This document shows positions 1 to 13,345 of a stretch of DNA of 64,000 nucleotides, in pieces. Numbering within the stretch: the first letter of the stretch is position 1; each line of letters starts with the position of its first letter. Source of the DNA: Octopus sinensis (lineage: Eukaryota); the NCBI RefSeq assembly GCF_006345805.1, contig NC_043006.1, positions 102,114,001 through 102,178,000 on the forward strand, in the 5' to 3' direction. The position numbers and the translations under genes were made by a program. The notes under the pieces are model-generated. The model was not told the origin of the DNA and made no database searches. It worked only from the letters and a program-made list of their open reading frames with translations.

Positions 1-53
1 ACTGTGATATTGAATCCTTATTGTTGGGAGAAATGGCAGAGATCTTTCTGGAA

Positions 54-461
54 TACTCTTTTACCCTTTTACTTGTTTCAGTCATTTGACTGTGGCCATG
101 CTGGAGCACCGCCTTTAGTCGAGCAACTCGACCCCGGGACTTATTCTTTTGTAAGCCCAGTACTTATTCTATCAGTCTCTTTTGCCGAACCACTAAGTAA
201 CAGGGACATAAACACACCAGCATCGGTTGTCAAGCAATGCTAGGGAGGCAAACACTGACACACAAACACACACAGACATATATATATATATATATATATA
301 TATACGACGAGCTTCTTTCAGTTTCCGTCTACCAAATCCACTCACAAGGCTTTGGTCGGCTCGAGGTTATAGTAGAAGAAACTTGCCCAAGGTGCCACAC
401 AGTGGGACTGAACCCGGAACCATGTGGTTGATAAACAAGCTACTTACCACACAGCCACTCC
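54..461 (-). mobile_element. tRNA-derived SINE, family A (CORE-like body, internal TA/TG tract), full length
   Basis: Minus strand reads GGAGTGGCTGTGTGGTAAG (A-box-like), GGTTCAGTCCC (B-box-like), GGCACCTTGGGCAAGT (CORE-like) and the tail GCTCCAGCATGGCC..TGACTGAAACAAGTAAAAG. The same element recurs more than 15 times in the window. Confidence 0.9.
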
Positions 462-810
462 TAGATTTAGGGTTCATGTTTCATATTAATCCATCATTTC
501 ACTGTTGATCTTCTATGAATGGAAAAGCTTCCTTTCATTCTGTGTAAAATATACAAACCCACTACATCACTGACTTCTCCTTCCTGCCCTCACCACTTTT
601 GTGGTTTTGCTTACTATATCAACTGGCTACATATATTACTACTGTATAGAAGGAAATTTTCAGCTTAGCAGTGTTTTGGAAAGCCAGTATTGGTAAAACT
701 TCAAAGAAAATAGCCAATATTAATAAATATTCTGTGTGAGTATACAGTTATATATAAGTGTGTGTGTGTGTGTATGTATGTATATTATGTACGTATGTGT
801 GCATGTGTAT

Positions 811-926
811 GAAAGTATTGCTATGTGGTTAAGGCGCTTGCTTCCCAACCACATGATTTTAGGTTTTGGGGTTCAGTCCCACTGTGTGGCACCTTAGGCA
901 AGTGTCTTCTACCGTAGCCCAGGCTG
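811..926 (+). mobile_element. SINE family A, head fragment
   Basis: GGTTCAGTCCCACTGTGTGGCACCTTAGGCAAGTGTCTTCTA matches the family A head. Confidence 0.75.
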
Positions 927-1116
927 ATGGTAATATCATTATTATATTTGTGCTGGATGCTTTCATGTTGCAGTAAGTCTACTGCAAACCAACTGTGTGA
1001 TAAAACCAACTGTGTGATGCAATTACTAATTCTCATTTGTAACCAATTTACTTTATGAAATCATGAATATCACAACTTCTTACTTTCCCTCCCATTCAGC
1101 TGAAATCGGATTTCAT

Positions 1117-2663
1117 TACAGGGATGCTGTCAGTAAGGTGAGGGTTGGCAACGATTATAGTGAAGCATTCCAAGTAGAAGTAGGGGTTCGTCAAAGATCA
1201 GTCCTCAGTATTCATTATAGCCCTCCTGGCAATAACAGAGGAATTCAAGACAGGCTGCTCCTGGGAGCTCCTCTATGCTGATGATCTTGCTCTAATAGCC
1301 GAGTCACTGCCAGAACTGGGGACGAAGTTTAGGGTGTGGAAGCAAGGTCTAGAATTGAAGGGCCTTAGGTTTAAACTAGCAAAATCCAAAGCCTTAGTAA
1401 GTAGGAAGGCCATCAAATCACAACCCTCTTCAGGTAGAAAAAGCATGGACAGCAAGTTCATATGATATACCTGATGTAACCTATGGACACATAAAAGGTG
1501 CAGCAATAACAAAGGAAGGTTAACTGGGAAAATAGTTTTTGTGTGTGGCAGATGCACTGGGGCAATAAACACTGAAGATGTACAGAAAACAAATTCCATC
1601 TCATGACAATGGGAGAAACTAGAAGTAGTTAATACCTTCTGCTACCTAGGCGACCAAGTCTGTAGTGGGGGCAGTTACTCTGAGAGTGTATTGACTAGAG
1701 TAAGAATAGCCTGGGCAAAGTTCAGGGAGCTCCCACCTCTGCTGGAAACTAAGAGCCTCTCACTCATGATGAAAGGTAGACTGTATGACACATGTGTGAA
1801 CTGCCATGCTACATGGCAGTGAAACATGAGCCATGACTGCTGAGGACATGCGTAGGCTTGAAAGAAATGAAGCTAGTATGATCCGCTGAATGTGTAATGT
1901 CAGTGTGCATACACAGCAGAGTGTAAAGTGCCCTGAGAGAAAAGTTGGGCATAGGAAGCATCAAAGGTGGTATGCAAGAGTGGTGACTGCACTGGTTTGG
2001 TCATGTGTTACATATGAATGAAGACAGCTGTGTGAGGAAGTGTCACTCCCTAACTGTAGAAGGAACCTGTGGAAGAGGTAGACCCAGGAAGACATGGAAT
2101 GAGGTGGAGAAGCATGACCTTTGAATATTGGGCCCCACAGAAGCAATGACAAGAAACCAGGACCTTTGGAGATATGCTGTGATTGAGAAGACTTAGCAAC
2201 TAAAGTAAGATCGCAGCCACACATGTCCAGCCCTGCTAAGAATACCCCTGATGCATTGAGCGATATGATATGCTTGAGAAGACCTGTTGAGTCAAGTAAA
2301 ACCAATATCATAGCCAGCGCCAGTGTTTCTGATTGGCTCCCATACCTGTGGCGCGTAAAAAGCACCAACCAAATGTGACCGATGCCAGTACCCCCTAGAC
2401 TGGCTCCTGTGCCAGTGGCGTGTATAAAGCACCATCTGAACATGATAGTTACTAGGCCTGCCTGATTGGCTCCTCTGATGGTGGTATGTAAAAAGTGCTC
2501 ACTACACTCTCAGAGTGGTTGGCATTAGGAAGAGCATCCAGCTGTAGAAACTTTGCCAGATCAGATTGAAGCCTGGTGCAGCCGCTGGCTCTCCAGACCT
2601 CAGTCAATCTGTCCAACCCATGCCAGCATGGAAAACAGACATTAAACAATGAGGATGATGATA
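1117..2663 (+). mobile_element. RTE-clade LINE, 5'-truncated and decayed (RT C-terminal half, repetitive 3' UTR, GAT-repeat tail)
   Basis: Hand translation gives SKVRVGNDYSEAFQVEVGVRQ...WELLYADDLALIAES (YADD at 1274-1285), then YLG, ETWA-like, LRW.GHV-like and RGRPRKTW motifs with stops and frameshifts. The tail ends AAAACAGACATTAAACAATGAGGATGATGAT. Confidence 0.88.
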
Positions 2664-3574
2664 AGAAAAACTTAGTGTTATTCTCATTATCACTATCTTC
2701 ATTAGATGATACATCAATTTTTTCATATTTCATTTAATTTAATCTAAGTTTGTCCCGTCTCACATTTCCATTAGCTATCAATTTCCAACAGTCTATAGCA
2801 CTTCTTTATTCAGTCCTCATCATCCTTCTCATGTCTGCATTACTCGTGTTTTCTGATTTGAAACCATTACGTAATACAGTTTTGAATTTTCTTCTCAGTA
2901 TAATTAAATCTCTCTGCTTACTAGTTTAGGCTTATCTTTTCTCGTAAGCTACCCATTCCCAAGAGGCTAGAAGATGAAGCAAAATTACTCCAAGTTTACT
3001 GGAGAAAAAGAAAAAGAAAAGAGAAAATAGAAAAGAGTGTTATTACCTAAAAGAAAACCTACTCATGTGCCAAAAAACTTAGCATAGATTTTTGAAAGTA
3101 AAATTTTCTTTGAACTTCAAGCAATTTGCACTAAACTAGACTGCAGCAAGTAGCTATTATTTTAGTTCTTTGAATTTTCATCAAATGAAATAGGAAAAAA
3201 AAAAAATTATTGGTGAAATGGCAGTTTCTCCTCTTATTTTTATTATATTTTAAAATATGTGTGTAAGAGCATCTGCATTTACAAATGATAAATGCATACA
3301 TTTATTTATTGTTACACACACACACACACACACACACATGCAGTGATAAATGACTGAGCCTTGAATTTCAGTCTTGACTTTCTTTCAAACTCAGCATATA
3401 CACCGTTCCAACTAATTGCCAACAGCATACATGTGCACATGCACACACACGGAATCTTAACCAATTCTATATTTTCAACTTCTATGAAACTGTGACAAAA
3501 AATATCTACATATTAAACACAGGCATGCATTTGTATACATTCATTTATATTTGTATGTTTATTTTTCTCTTCAG

Positions 3575-3721
3575 GGATATTACCAGCAAGATCTTTCTAT
3601 CTGGGGTTGGTGGCACAAATAGACTAATCCTATATGTTCGATCAATCTGGAAGTTTGAAGTCCCTGGAATGAATGCCGTTCATTTGAAGAAGTACAACGT
3701 ACAGCTTTCTTATCCAAATTG
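3575..3721 (+). CDS. Internal coding exon of an unidentified host gene (xDITSKIFLSGVGGTNRLILYVRSIWKFEVPGMNAVHLKKYNVQLSYPNx)
   Basis: Strong acceptor atttttctcttcag and donor TG|gtaagt. The exon is 147 nt (phase 2-2), only one frame is open, and the sequence is non-repetitive. Protein family not recognised. Confidence 0.65.
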
Positions 3722-4369
3722 GTAAGTTGTGGTTTCTACTTTTTAATTTTTATCAGCAAATACCTTTCTGTTAGTCAGCAGCCATTTGTTTTTTTGTGGA
3801 AGCTAACCTGTAGTATACTGTATTCTGCCTACCATTATTGAAACAGGATTTTGCTGCAGTGGCCAGGTCTAGTTTAGATGGATAGCTTTAGTTTCACTGT
3901 CAAGTCACATGGAACATTTTCTTGAAAATTATATGCAGAGTAAGTTTCCAACATCACTCCAAACCATCACCATGTTGGTAAGGATACATGTTGGCAAGCT
4001 AAGACTTTGCACTAAGACTCATGGAAGAAAACATGTCTTTCATTTCTAATCATAAACTTTCCTTAGTATCTATCCTGTTCTCTTACTGTTCTTTCACTGG
4101 TTTTCAGTCTTTAGACCGTGGTCTTGTAGAAGAACCACTTTTAAGGGTATAGTCAGTACTTAGATTGGTACATATTCAATCAACCTTAGAATGGCTGACT
4201 TGAGGTAGATTTCAATACAGAATGTTAAGGGACATAACTAGATATTACAAGATATTTTTTCTGATGCTCTACTGATTAAGCCTAACACCAACCAGATTTG
4301 AAAATATTTTCGCTTGTTCTTTGTAATTTTCTTTCCATTTCTTCTTAAGCAGACATTAATCCTCAGTAA

Positions 4370-4770
4370 TCTTTATATATAAAAGTGAGGTTGTGTGCTG
4401 TCTGTCTCCTACGATTTAGATTCCTAACTACTCCCACATTTTGCGGTGCAGTTTAACCAAACCTGGGTATCTTATAGTCGTGTTTCATATCGAGCCCTTC
4501 TGGGTATTAGCACACATCTACGATGAGTCTACGATTTAAAAAAAAATTTACCATCATTTTCTCCACTTTAATGCATTTTTTTCGCTATTATATAAGGGAA
4601 GTAACTCTCTAAAAATGTCTACGATGAGTCAACGATTTAAAAAAAAATTTACCATCATTTTTTTTCCATTTTTAATGCATTTTTTTGCTATTTTTTGGCT
4701 ATAACTCTCTAAAAATGCTTATATAGTTATTTCCCTTACAAACCCGAGCAACGCCGGGCGATACTGCTAG
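4370..4770 (+). mobile_element. Non-autonomous Helitron
   Basis: 5' a|TC start, 3' CTAG|t end, hairpin CCCGagcaacgcCGGG just upstream of the end, inserted at an A|T site with no TSD. Carries an internal tandem repeat. A second copy lies at 27094-27492. Confidence 0.85.
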
Positions 4771-6019
4771 TTTGGTATAAAACTGAATAGCTAAATATTT
4801 TGATAGGTAGATTAACAGATATTTTATTTCACTATTGATGATATACATGCAATGCATATTACAATTGCAATATCACATTTTACTTTGATGAGTTCACTAT
4901 AAAAGGTAGTGCTGCATAATTTGTACAGTTGGTGGGGCAAAGGGAAGAGAACTAAAAATAATGTTGTAAAGGTGTTAAAGGATAATCTCAAGTTGCACAC
5001 AGATATTAAGGCATTACTATAGAAAGAGCAATCATAAAGGTAATGTTCTAAGCTGTCTGACAGCACATTAGGGATTTATAATGAGAAATGCTAAGAAAAA
5101 GTGGAAAAAAAAAATCGTAAAGGAAACCAAAATATTGCTTGGAATAAGGTAATTTGGGGGAGAAAATCTTAGTTGGATGGTTCCATTTATCTGCCATCAT
5201 CCACTTATGATCGCTTCTCAATTATTTGTCTATAATACTTTCTGCCTTAGATCGGGTTATATTCTAGCTTTGGAGCTATAAAGAATATGTAAGATGGTAG
5301 TCAGTTGATAGAAGAAATTGTAAGAAGCATTGCTTTCTTTTTTACTTTCTTTCTGTTGTAGCTGTGTGCATGTGTGTGTGTGTGTGTGTGTGCATGTGTG
5401 TGTGTGTGAATCTATGGTTAGATAATTGTATTGAGTCTACAGCCTTTACCTCAGGTCATATTGACATTCAGTAATGAAAGCTTCCATCCCCATCTTTCGG
5501 GGTATTTCACATCAATTTTGTCGATGCTAATGTGAGTATTATGGTTTTTGTTGTTTCGTTGTGTTGTTAGAGCAATTGATTTTAGAATTGAATGTCTTTG
5601 CCATTGACTACTCGAATAAGAATGGAATTTATCAAGTAGGTACACAGCCAAGCAAAGGTATGTACCTTGAATAAGGTTCCAATACAACGTCTGTAATAAG
5701 AACTTGAACTATTGAGTGTAGTATCTCCTGTGAAACCACCTGACCTCAAAGCCATTCAGTGGGTTAAGCTTTGTATTATAGAAGAGAATCCAAATCATAT
5801 TATACCATATTTAGGGGGGAGGGAGAATGGACACATTGGATAATGTATGCCTGGATATACAAAAGCTTGAAATGTCCTGCTAGACTAGAGAGAACCAGTG
5901 CTTGAGAAGATCCATCTAGCCCCAAAATATTTGGGAAAAATCAAGCATAAACAAGACTGATGAATTTAATGAAGGCTCAGTACCAATTTCTGAATCAGTA
6001 CAGCAAATTATTGAGTATA

Positions 6020-6144
6020 GGTCCCAGCATTGTTGTGCAGTAAGAAGTTTGCTTCCCAACCACATGGTTCTGGGTTCAGTCCCACCCTTAGGCTAATCAA
6101 AGCATTGTGGATGGATTTAGTGGATAGAAACAAAGAACCCTGTC

Positions 6145-6186
<42 letters not shown>

Positions 6187-6380
6187 CTTTGTGTCTGTCC
6201 CTCACCATCGCTTGACAACTGGTGTTGGCTCCTTTGTACCCTTGTAACTTAGTGGCTTGGCAAAAGAGACCAATAGAATAAGTACCTGGTTTAAAAAAAA
6301 AAAAGGTTCTAGAGTCAATCCATTCTTCAAGGCAGTGCTTCAGCATGGCAGTAGTCTGAAAACTGAAACAAGTAAAAGAT
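6020..6380 (+). mobile_element. SINE family A, internally deleted
   Basis: Head (GGTTCAGTCCCAC), TA/TG tract and family A tail are all recognisable. Confidence 0.8.
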
Positions 6381-7489
6381 ACTGAAATGAAGAGCAAATT
6401 TATCTTTAGCTCTGAGACCAAAACTAAGGATCTAGTTTTTTCATTCACAAAATATGCATTTTTTAAAAGACAGTAAAAAATCTGAAAATTGGCTATAGTA
6501 ATGTAGCCTTCCAGTCTCATTGCTTTGAAGGTATGATGTTGCAGAGGAAAAAAAAATTGGAGAAAAACGTTACAGAGGTTTAAAAATAAAAAAAAACTGT
6601 ATATTTTTAGCCTATAGTGAGACAGAAATTTTTTACATTTAGCGGAGCAGTGTCAACTTTAAGGTTGTACCCTGTGAAATTTAGAGTTTAGCATCTGACC
6701 TGTTCATTGTAGGTTTCTAAATAAACAGAAATACCTAATAAAATCAACATCTATCATCTTACTGTTTCTTTTGTAGCTGCATTGATTGTATGGTTTTATT
6801 ATTTTTTAATTTGTTATATTAATATATTTGTTTGCATGTATTTACTTTAATGTGCATTTCAGTATTATGTATACATGGATGTATGTATTCATATATAAGT
6901 TTATATATGCATTTATGCAGTCATGCGTGTGTGTGTGAAGGGGGTGTCTGTCTCCAAAACTCCAAAGTTGAGTAACGTTTTCATGCTTGGATTTGTAAAC
7001 TACATTAAAAATAACACTGGTCAACAAAGAATTTGTCTCAAGGAAATGAATACCAGTATCTTATACGTTTTTGCATGCAGAATTCAAAAATAATGTCAAA
7101 TTATCTGTTCCACAATATCCCTCTCAGTTCCTGTTACATGGGCTAAATTTGATTTAAGCTGTTCAAATGTGCAGCTAACAGTTTAAGAAATACTCCTAAT
7201 TTAAATATTTATGAACAGAATTCCCCTAGGGAAATCATAAATCCAGCTATCTGAGTCAATGAGTCTCAAAAATATATGAAATAAAAAAATATGTAAAAAT
7301 ACTAACACAGAAAAAAGCATAGAAAAATAGTAACACACAGAAGCATTAAAAGATATGTAATAAACTAACACAGAATGTTTGAAACAAAACACACAGGTGA
7401 AAAGAATCTCATGGTGTGAAGAATTAAGTGTGAAAAATCAACATAGACAACAGCAGCACAGACAACAGTGAACCACAACACAGTGTGTG

Positions 7490-7536
7490 GTTATCATGGT
7501 AACAACTGCTAATACCATGCTGTCTGTTGATTGGCT
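7490..7536. promoter_or_regulatory. Candidate RFX X-box plus NF-Y CCAAT box
   Basis: GTTATCATGGTAAC (7490-7503) fits the GTHNYY-AT-RRNAAC X-box consensus. TGATTGGCT (7528-7536) is the reverse complement of AGCCAATCA. The surrounding sequence is unique. Confidence 0.45.
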
Positions 7537-8671
7537 GAGATTACCCAAATTTCCCAACTTTAATGCCAAATAACATCAAATTCTTTAATTTACAAGATAA
7601 AATAATTGGTTGATCGTAGTCAAAATTCAGAGTTGCATCGATACACCAAAATTGAAAGGAATCTGGGCTAAATTAAAGGGGCTCATTTGGTGAATGAGAA
7701 AGAGTAGATCCAAATCTAACAAGGCATTTTTGGCACAATATGCTATCATCACTATCATCATCATGACTGTTTTTAATTTAGACACAAGGTTTGTAATTTT
7801 TAAGATGTTGTAACAGAACGCTGTTGTTCTTGTGTCAGGTTTACCAAATGTAGTGGGTTGTATTACAATTAAATGTTCAAAGTCTGTGAGACAGCGTAAT
7901 AATCAACATGGAAGAGAGAACTATATTGTTTAGTTTTTAGTTACCTGTACAGTCAGTAATCAAGGCCATAGTAGTAGTCAGCATTTTAGTGGTACAATAG
8001 AAATTAAGCTTGAGCAGCATCCTTAGGAGTGTGTCTAATAGGAAAAGATGCTTGCTATAGGATGAGGAAGCAAAAATATACGGATTGATGATATTCTCTC
8101 AGAGTTCCTACTGATACATATGGAGAAAACTCAATGTATGTTTGAGAACAAAAGAGTGTATATGCATTATTTATCATAACCTCAAAATGACCATAGAATT
8201 TTACTCAAACAAAGTAACTAAGTGACCTCATCAATTTCACTAATGCCAAAACAAAAACAAAAAAAATGTCTTAAGAAAATCTAGGTCAAAGTTTCAATTC
8301 TTGACTATAAATCTAAGAAACTATCTCTTACAGGTTTGTCAATTAAATTAACCCAAGTGCATGATTGATAATTATTTAAGCATGTCCCCCCACCACTCAT
8401 AGACAAGTAAAAGATAGAATCTGGTAGCATTCACCATATTCTCACTAGTTGTTCTAGAGGATTATGTAATTGTAAACAAACATAGAGTCTCTTGGCCCTC
8501 CCACCCTTGAGTGGCCACTAGATGTGACTGATAGTAACATGACATGAAGTACCTTGCTCAAGAAGTCAAACCCACAAACTTACGTTAGCGAACCCTAAAC
8601 CTTAACCTCTATATCATGCATTTTCACATCATGTCATAGAAATAATAATAATAATTATTATTATTATTATT

Positions 8672-8865
8672 ATTTCTACTATTAGCACAAGGTGTGAAAT
8701 TTGAGGGAGAGTCTAATCAATTAAATTGTCCCCATTACACAACTGGTATTTATTTCATTGAGCCAAAAGAATGAAAAACAACTGTGAGAATGTAAAACTA
8801 TAAGAAATGCTGCTAAGCATTTTGTCTGGCATGCTAACAATTCTTCCAGCTCACCACCTTAATAA
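8672..8865 (-). mobile_element. SINE family C (ATT-flanked), decayed
   Basis: Plus strand GCACAAGG..CTGGTATTTATTTC..GCTAAGCATTTTG..GCTAACAATTCTTCCAGCTCACCACCTT matches the other family C copies and is flanked by AAT/ATT repeats. Confidence 0.75.
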
Positions 8866-10519
8866 TAATGATAATGATAATAATGATTTATACTAAATGG
8901 AGAAAGTTTATTAATTAGTTAAAATAAAGTATTAAAGTCTCCATAGCTTAGAAAATCTTTAAAAGTTAAAATTTTCATTTTTCTTTTTTTAATTTCAAAA
9001 TGTGGCCTTTAAGGTTTTCTCTTCTATGAAAATATTTTAATTAGCTACAAGCAGTTTTGAAAAACCTGACTGCAAGATAGTGTCGTTTTAATCTCTTACC
9101 TCTTCCACCCCTCTCTTCTTTATGTGTATATTTGTCATAGTTAATTCCTTTGCTGAAATCTACACTATTTGTGTTATCATAGTTTATATGATAAACAAGA
9201 ATGAAAAAAAAAAAAATCATTTCCCATCTTTGTACATTTGTAGCTGTGTGTTTATATAAGGTTATTAATACTAAGATGTGCAACTTATATCTATCAACAG
9301 ATAATAAACTATTTATACAATCATGTGCTAAAGGCAACAGTATTTTTTTCAAGTATATCCCTAAATATTTTTATGATGCCTTTAAAAGAACAAACATCAG
9401 AGATTTTGCATTTGCAATTTTTTTTATTAAAATCCTCTTTTAATAACAAACTAATGATCAAAATATGTATATACACAAAACAAAATATATTAATACCCAC
9501 ATGCTTCAAATGCAAATGAAATATATTTATATACATAACAAATTATATTCACACACAATTATAACACACAGCAAAAAATAAGCCATCAGAGAGGCAATGC
9601 ATACCCTACCCACAGACAAGGATAAAATAAAATTTAATTTGATAAATATATTCTCGAACGAATTCATATTTCAACAAAATGACATCAAGAGTTACTTCCC
9701 CTGTTTATCGTTTGCGTATATGCAACAAAGAAAATGAAACATTTTGATTCACCCGTCCACCAAAATTTAATGAGTTTGAGCTACTCACCCAATGAGTATT
9801 TGTGCCAAATTTGGTGAAAATCCATTCAGTCATTTTCCAGTAATTTTGCAAACACACAGTCAAAGACAAGCAACTACAATACCTTGCTTTCACTTACGCA
9901 TGCAGGGTAAAAGTATATAGACTTTAAATGCAACATTTTCAACTTTCACCAACAAAGTGGATGCTCAAAACTCTTTCTCAGTAATTTACACATGTGTGCC
10001 TAACACAAATACACATGCAGAAAACACTCTTTATTTGCCATCAAGCCAATGAACATTTGGGGCAGGATTTGAAGGGGAAATTTGAAATCATGCTTTCACA
10101 TCTTTAATCTGATGACAACTCCAAGTTACTGGGAGGTCAAAAGAAGGGTTAGTCGGGTTAATTTAAAATTGCTATACTAGCATAATTTGAAAAAAATAAT
10201 CACAGGTGAATTTGTTGGTATGGCTGTTTGATATGCTATACACTGTAGAATAATACCTGTGTGATGCCTGCTTTTTCAAAAGCATAATTGACCACATAAA
10301 AGATGAACTACTTTTGAGTTTGATTAAAATAAAGGAGAGATTAAGACCGCAACAAAATAATGAAAGAAATATTTACTGTGTGAGTAAGTACTATTAGATG
10401 AATAAAGGATAGAAAGGAAAATTAGATGTACCATTTCAGAAATATTACACTAATTGGGGATTAGATGTAAATATTATTCAGCAACCAGCAGAAAATTGCC
10501 TGGAGGGCAGTCTTTCTGC

Positions 10520-10760
10520 TAGTAATAATTATAATAATAATAATCCTTTCTTCTCTGGACATAAAGCCAGAAATTTGCGGAGCTTGGGCTAGTTGATACA
10601 TCAGCATCACTGCATGACTGGTAGTTATTTCACTAAGCCCAAAAGGATGAAAAGCAAAGTTGACCTGAGCAGATTTTGAACTCTGAATATGAAGACAAAC
10701 GAAATATGGCTGAGCATTTTCTCTGGCATGCTAATGATCATGCCAGCTCTCTGCCTTCAT
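10520..10760 (-). mobile_element. SINE family C
   Basis: AATAATAATCCTTTC..AAAGGATGAAAAGCAAAGTTGACC..TTTGAACTC..TGCCAGCTCTCTGCCTT. Confidence 0.8.
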
Positions 10761-13296
10761 AATATCAATGATAATAATATGTGATTATTAGTGTTTACAT
10801 ATGCCTTAATATATTTCTGCATCACAGAAGCAACACACATAACCCTTTCTCAAATCCTCAATCACTGGTGAAAGGAAGAAAGAAATTCTCAGGCAGGGCT
10901 AGAATGCCTACAACAGTGAAATCCATGGACTACAACCAAGGCTTATGTGTTAAAGCAGGGTGAGAGATTAATTCTACCACCCAAGAGTAAGAACTGTCCC
11001 TACACTGAGTTTCCACACAGTTTCCATTTACTAAATCCCGCTAAAAGCACATTGGGCTACCACAGGCCTTTTGATCAATATACCATGCGATGGAATCCAA
11101 CTGTAATCCAAACAGCTGCTAAGCAAACGTCTCTACTCAACAGCTACGCCTGCCTTTTCATCTATATGTGTGTGTGCATAATATATGTGTGTATTTTCTT
11201 TAGTAACAAAACAAATAATCACTTACACTGAAAGTATGTTTTACAAGCGTGTCTTACTTATTGGTAGTGAGAATTTTATCAGGTTTTCTGGATTTGTTTG
11301 AAATTCAGAGAGCTTAGTTCTCATCCATAAATAGAGAATCCTGACGTGTAATGGAAGTGTTTAGCGGAGAGAAAAGGCAAAAAGAGATTTATTGGATTCA
11401 TCAAGATTAGCGTTAACAACAAATTGAAATGAAAATGTCTAGCTTGGAATGCCACGGACAAACTATGTTTGGCCACCAACCAAAAAATGTATGACTTACT
11501 GCTGAAGTGAAGTATGTTAAAGCCTGCATTGGCCATAACAGATTTGGACTTAAGAAATCTATTTTTATATATTTCTCTACTTAGCTGAAGTCTCCATTAC
11601 AGTCCACAAGTCATATTGAGCAAAATGCCTCTAGTTTCCACATTATATTGTTTCAAGTTAATTTTGCATAAACAGTCACTAATTCATGCAATGTAGATAT
11701 CTTATTTTCCTTCTGCTTCTCTATCTTCTACTCAGCTCTGTGTCTATCTGTCCTGCTGCTTATTCCTGTTGCATCCATATATCTATTGACCTATTTAATA
11801 TTTTATTAAATATGTATTTATCATTCTACCAAGCTAAAATCTATATGTTTAGATGGTTAGATATCCATGCATGCATGCTGTATTTTTCTTTCTCTCTGTG
11901 TGCGTTTAATATGTATGTATGTATGTATGTATTCATGTATGTATGTATGTATGGATGGATGGATGGATGGATTCATTCATTCATTCATTCATTCATTCAT
12001 TCATTCAAATAAATTTAAATATTGTGAAACCTCATTATGGCTTAAATAAGAATGTAAGCACATTCTTTCTACTCTATTAATGTGTTGAAAAAAGAAGGAA
12101 GGAGTTGAATTTTCTGGCTGACTGTTTCATGGTTTGTCAACCACTTCACAGAAAAGATGTCCCCAGCTTCCTTCCCCTTAGTAACAACAATCAACTGTTT
12201 ATAGCCATAATGGATAACCTAATTTGTATATTTGGGCTTCTGAGAGTTTAGCATTAATTGAATAACATCTAATTATGCTCAACACAGTGTAAATCAGAGG
12301 AACAGAAATAAATTTAAATACTATAAAGCCTATAGTATCTTCGAGGGCTGTATGCCACCTCTGAGCTACTGCTTGGCCACTGTTGCTGTATATGTTTAGG
12401 ATATTCAGTTAGATTATGTTTTTCTATATTTATAATTTGTCAAGCTAGTCTCACTAAAAAAAAAAAAGCTTTCTTCAGACAGCTTGCTGCATATTCCCAG
12501 AACTGTGTAAATTAATATCAATTTCTTCCCTAGAAATTCTGTGAAACTCTTACAGTGGATTATAACTCACTGCCTTAGCCATCATGTCTCCAGAGAATTG
12601 ACAGAAACAAAATTTTAGTTCACTTACGTATACAACCATGTACAATTACATATATTTATTTACCTATTTAAATATACCTTAAAGATTTCTGGATATACAC
12701 TTCTAACTGCACATCTGTAATCTTACACAATATTGCATACACACAGAGTGTGTCTGTGTATATGTATACATACACATGCACATCCATATACAAACCTACA
12801 TAGACCTACTGACTGACATGTTTGTATAAGAACATAAATACATATCCATATAACAAATGTACTGACATACATTGAAATATATATGCTCTACAGATGTTTT
12901 CACAGAATTTCTCGTTAAGAAATTGGCATTAATTTAATCAGTTCTGGCAATGTATAAACAGGTGTACAAATATACATCCTTAACATTCTCATAGTACATT
13001 GAAAATGCAACACTGTTTATAAATACATATATATATATATATATATATAAAAGGAAAGGTAGATTCACACAAATAGTTTTAAAGCATCTATTTACATGGA
13101 GTACAAAACACATATATATATTCTTTGACTAAGGCGGTACTCCAGCATGGCCAGAGTCAAATGACTGAAACAAGTATAAGAGTATATATATATATACATA
13201 TATATATACACACACACAGACACACGTGCACACACACACACACACATATATATGACAACATAGAAAGTGATTCTAAAATGATTGTATATATATATA

Positions 13297-13345
<49 letters not shown>

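Noticed and set aside
4-508. Recurrent ORFs such as MSSNAR.../RRASFSFRLPNPLTRLWS... (also at 40.6, 46.2, 47.0, 51.3 and 54.0 kb)
   Set aside because: They are translations of SINE family A and its microsatellite, not a gene family.
1961-2733. 160-aa and 93-aa minus-strand ORFs
   Set aside because: Antisense readings of the RTE 3' end and UTR.
4929-5660. Several small exon candidates downstream of exon 3575
   Set aside because: Phases did not join consistently, most frames have stops and the acceptors are weak.
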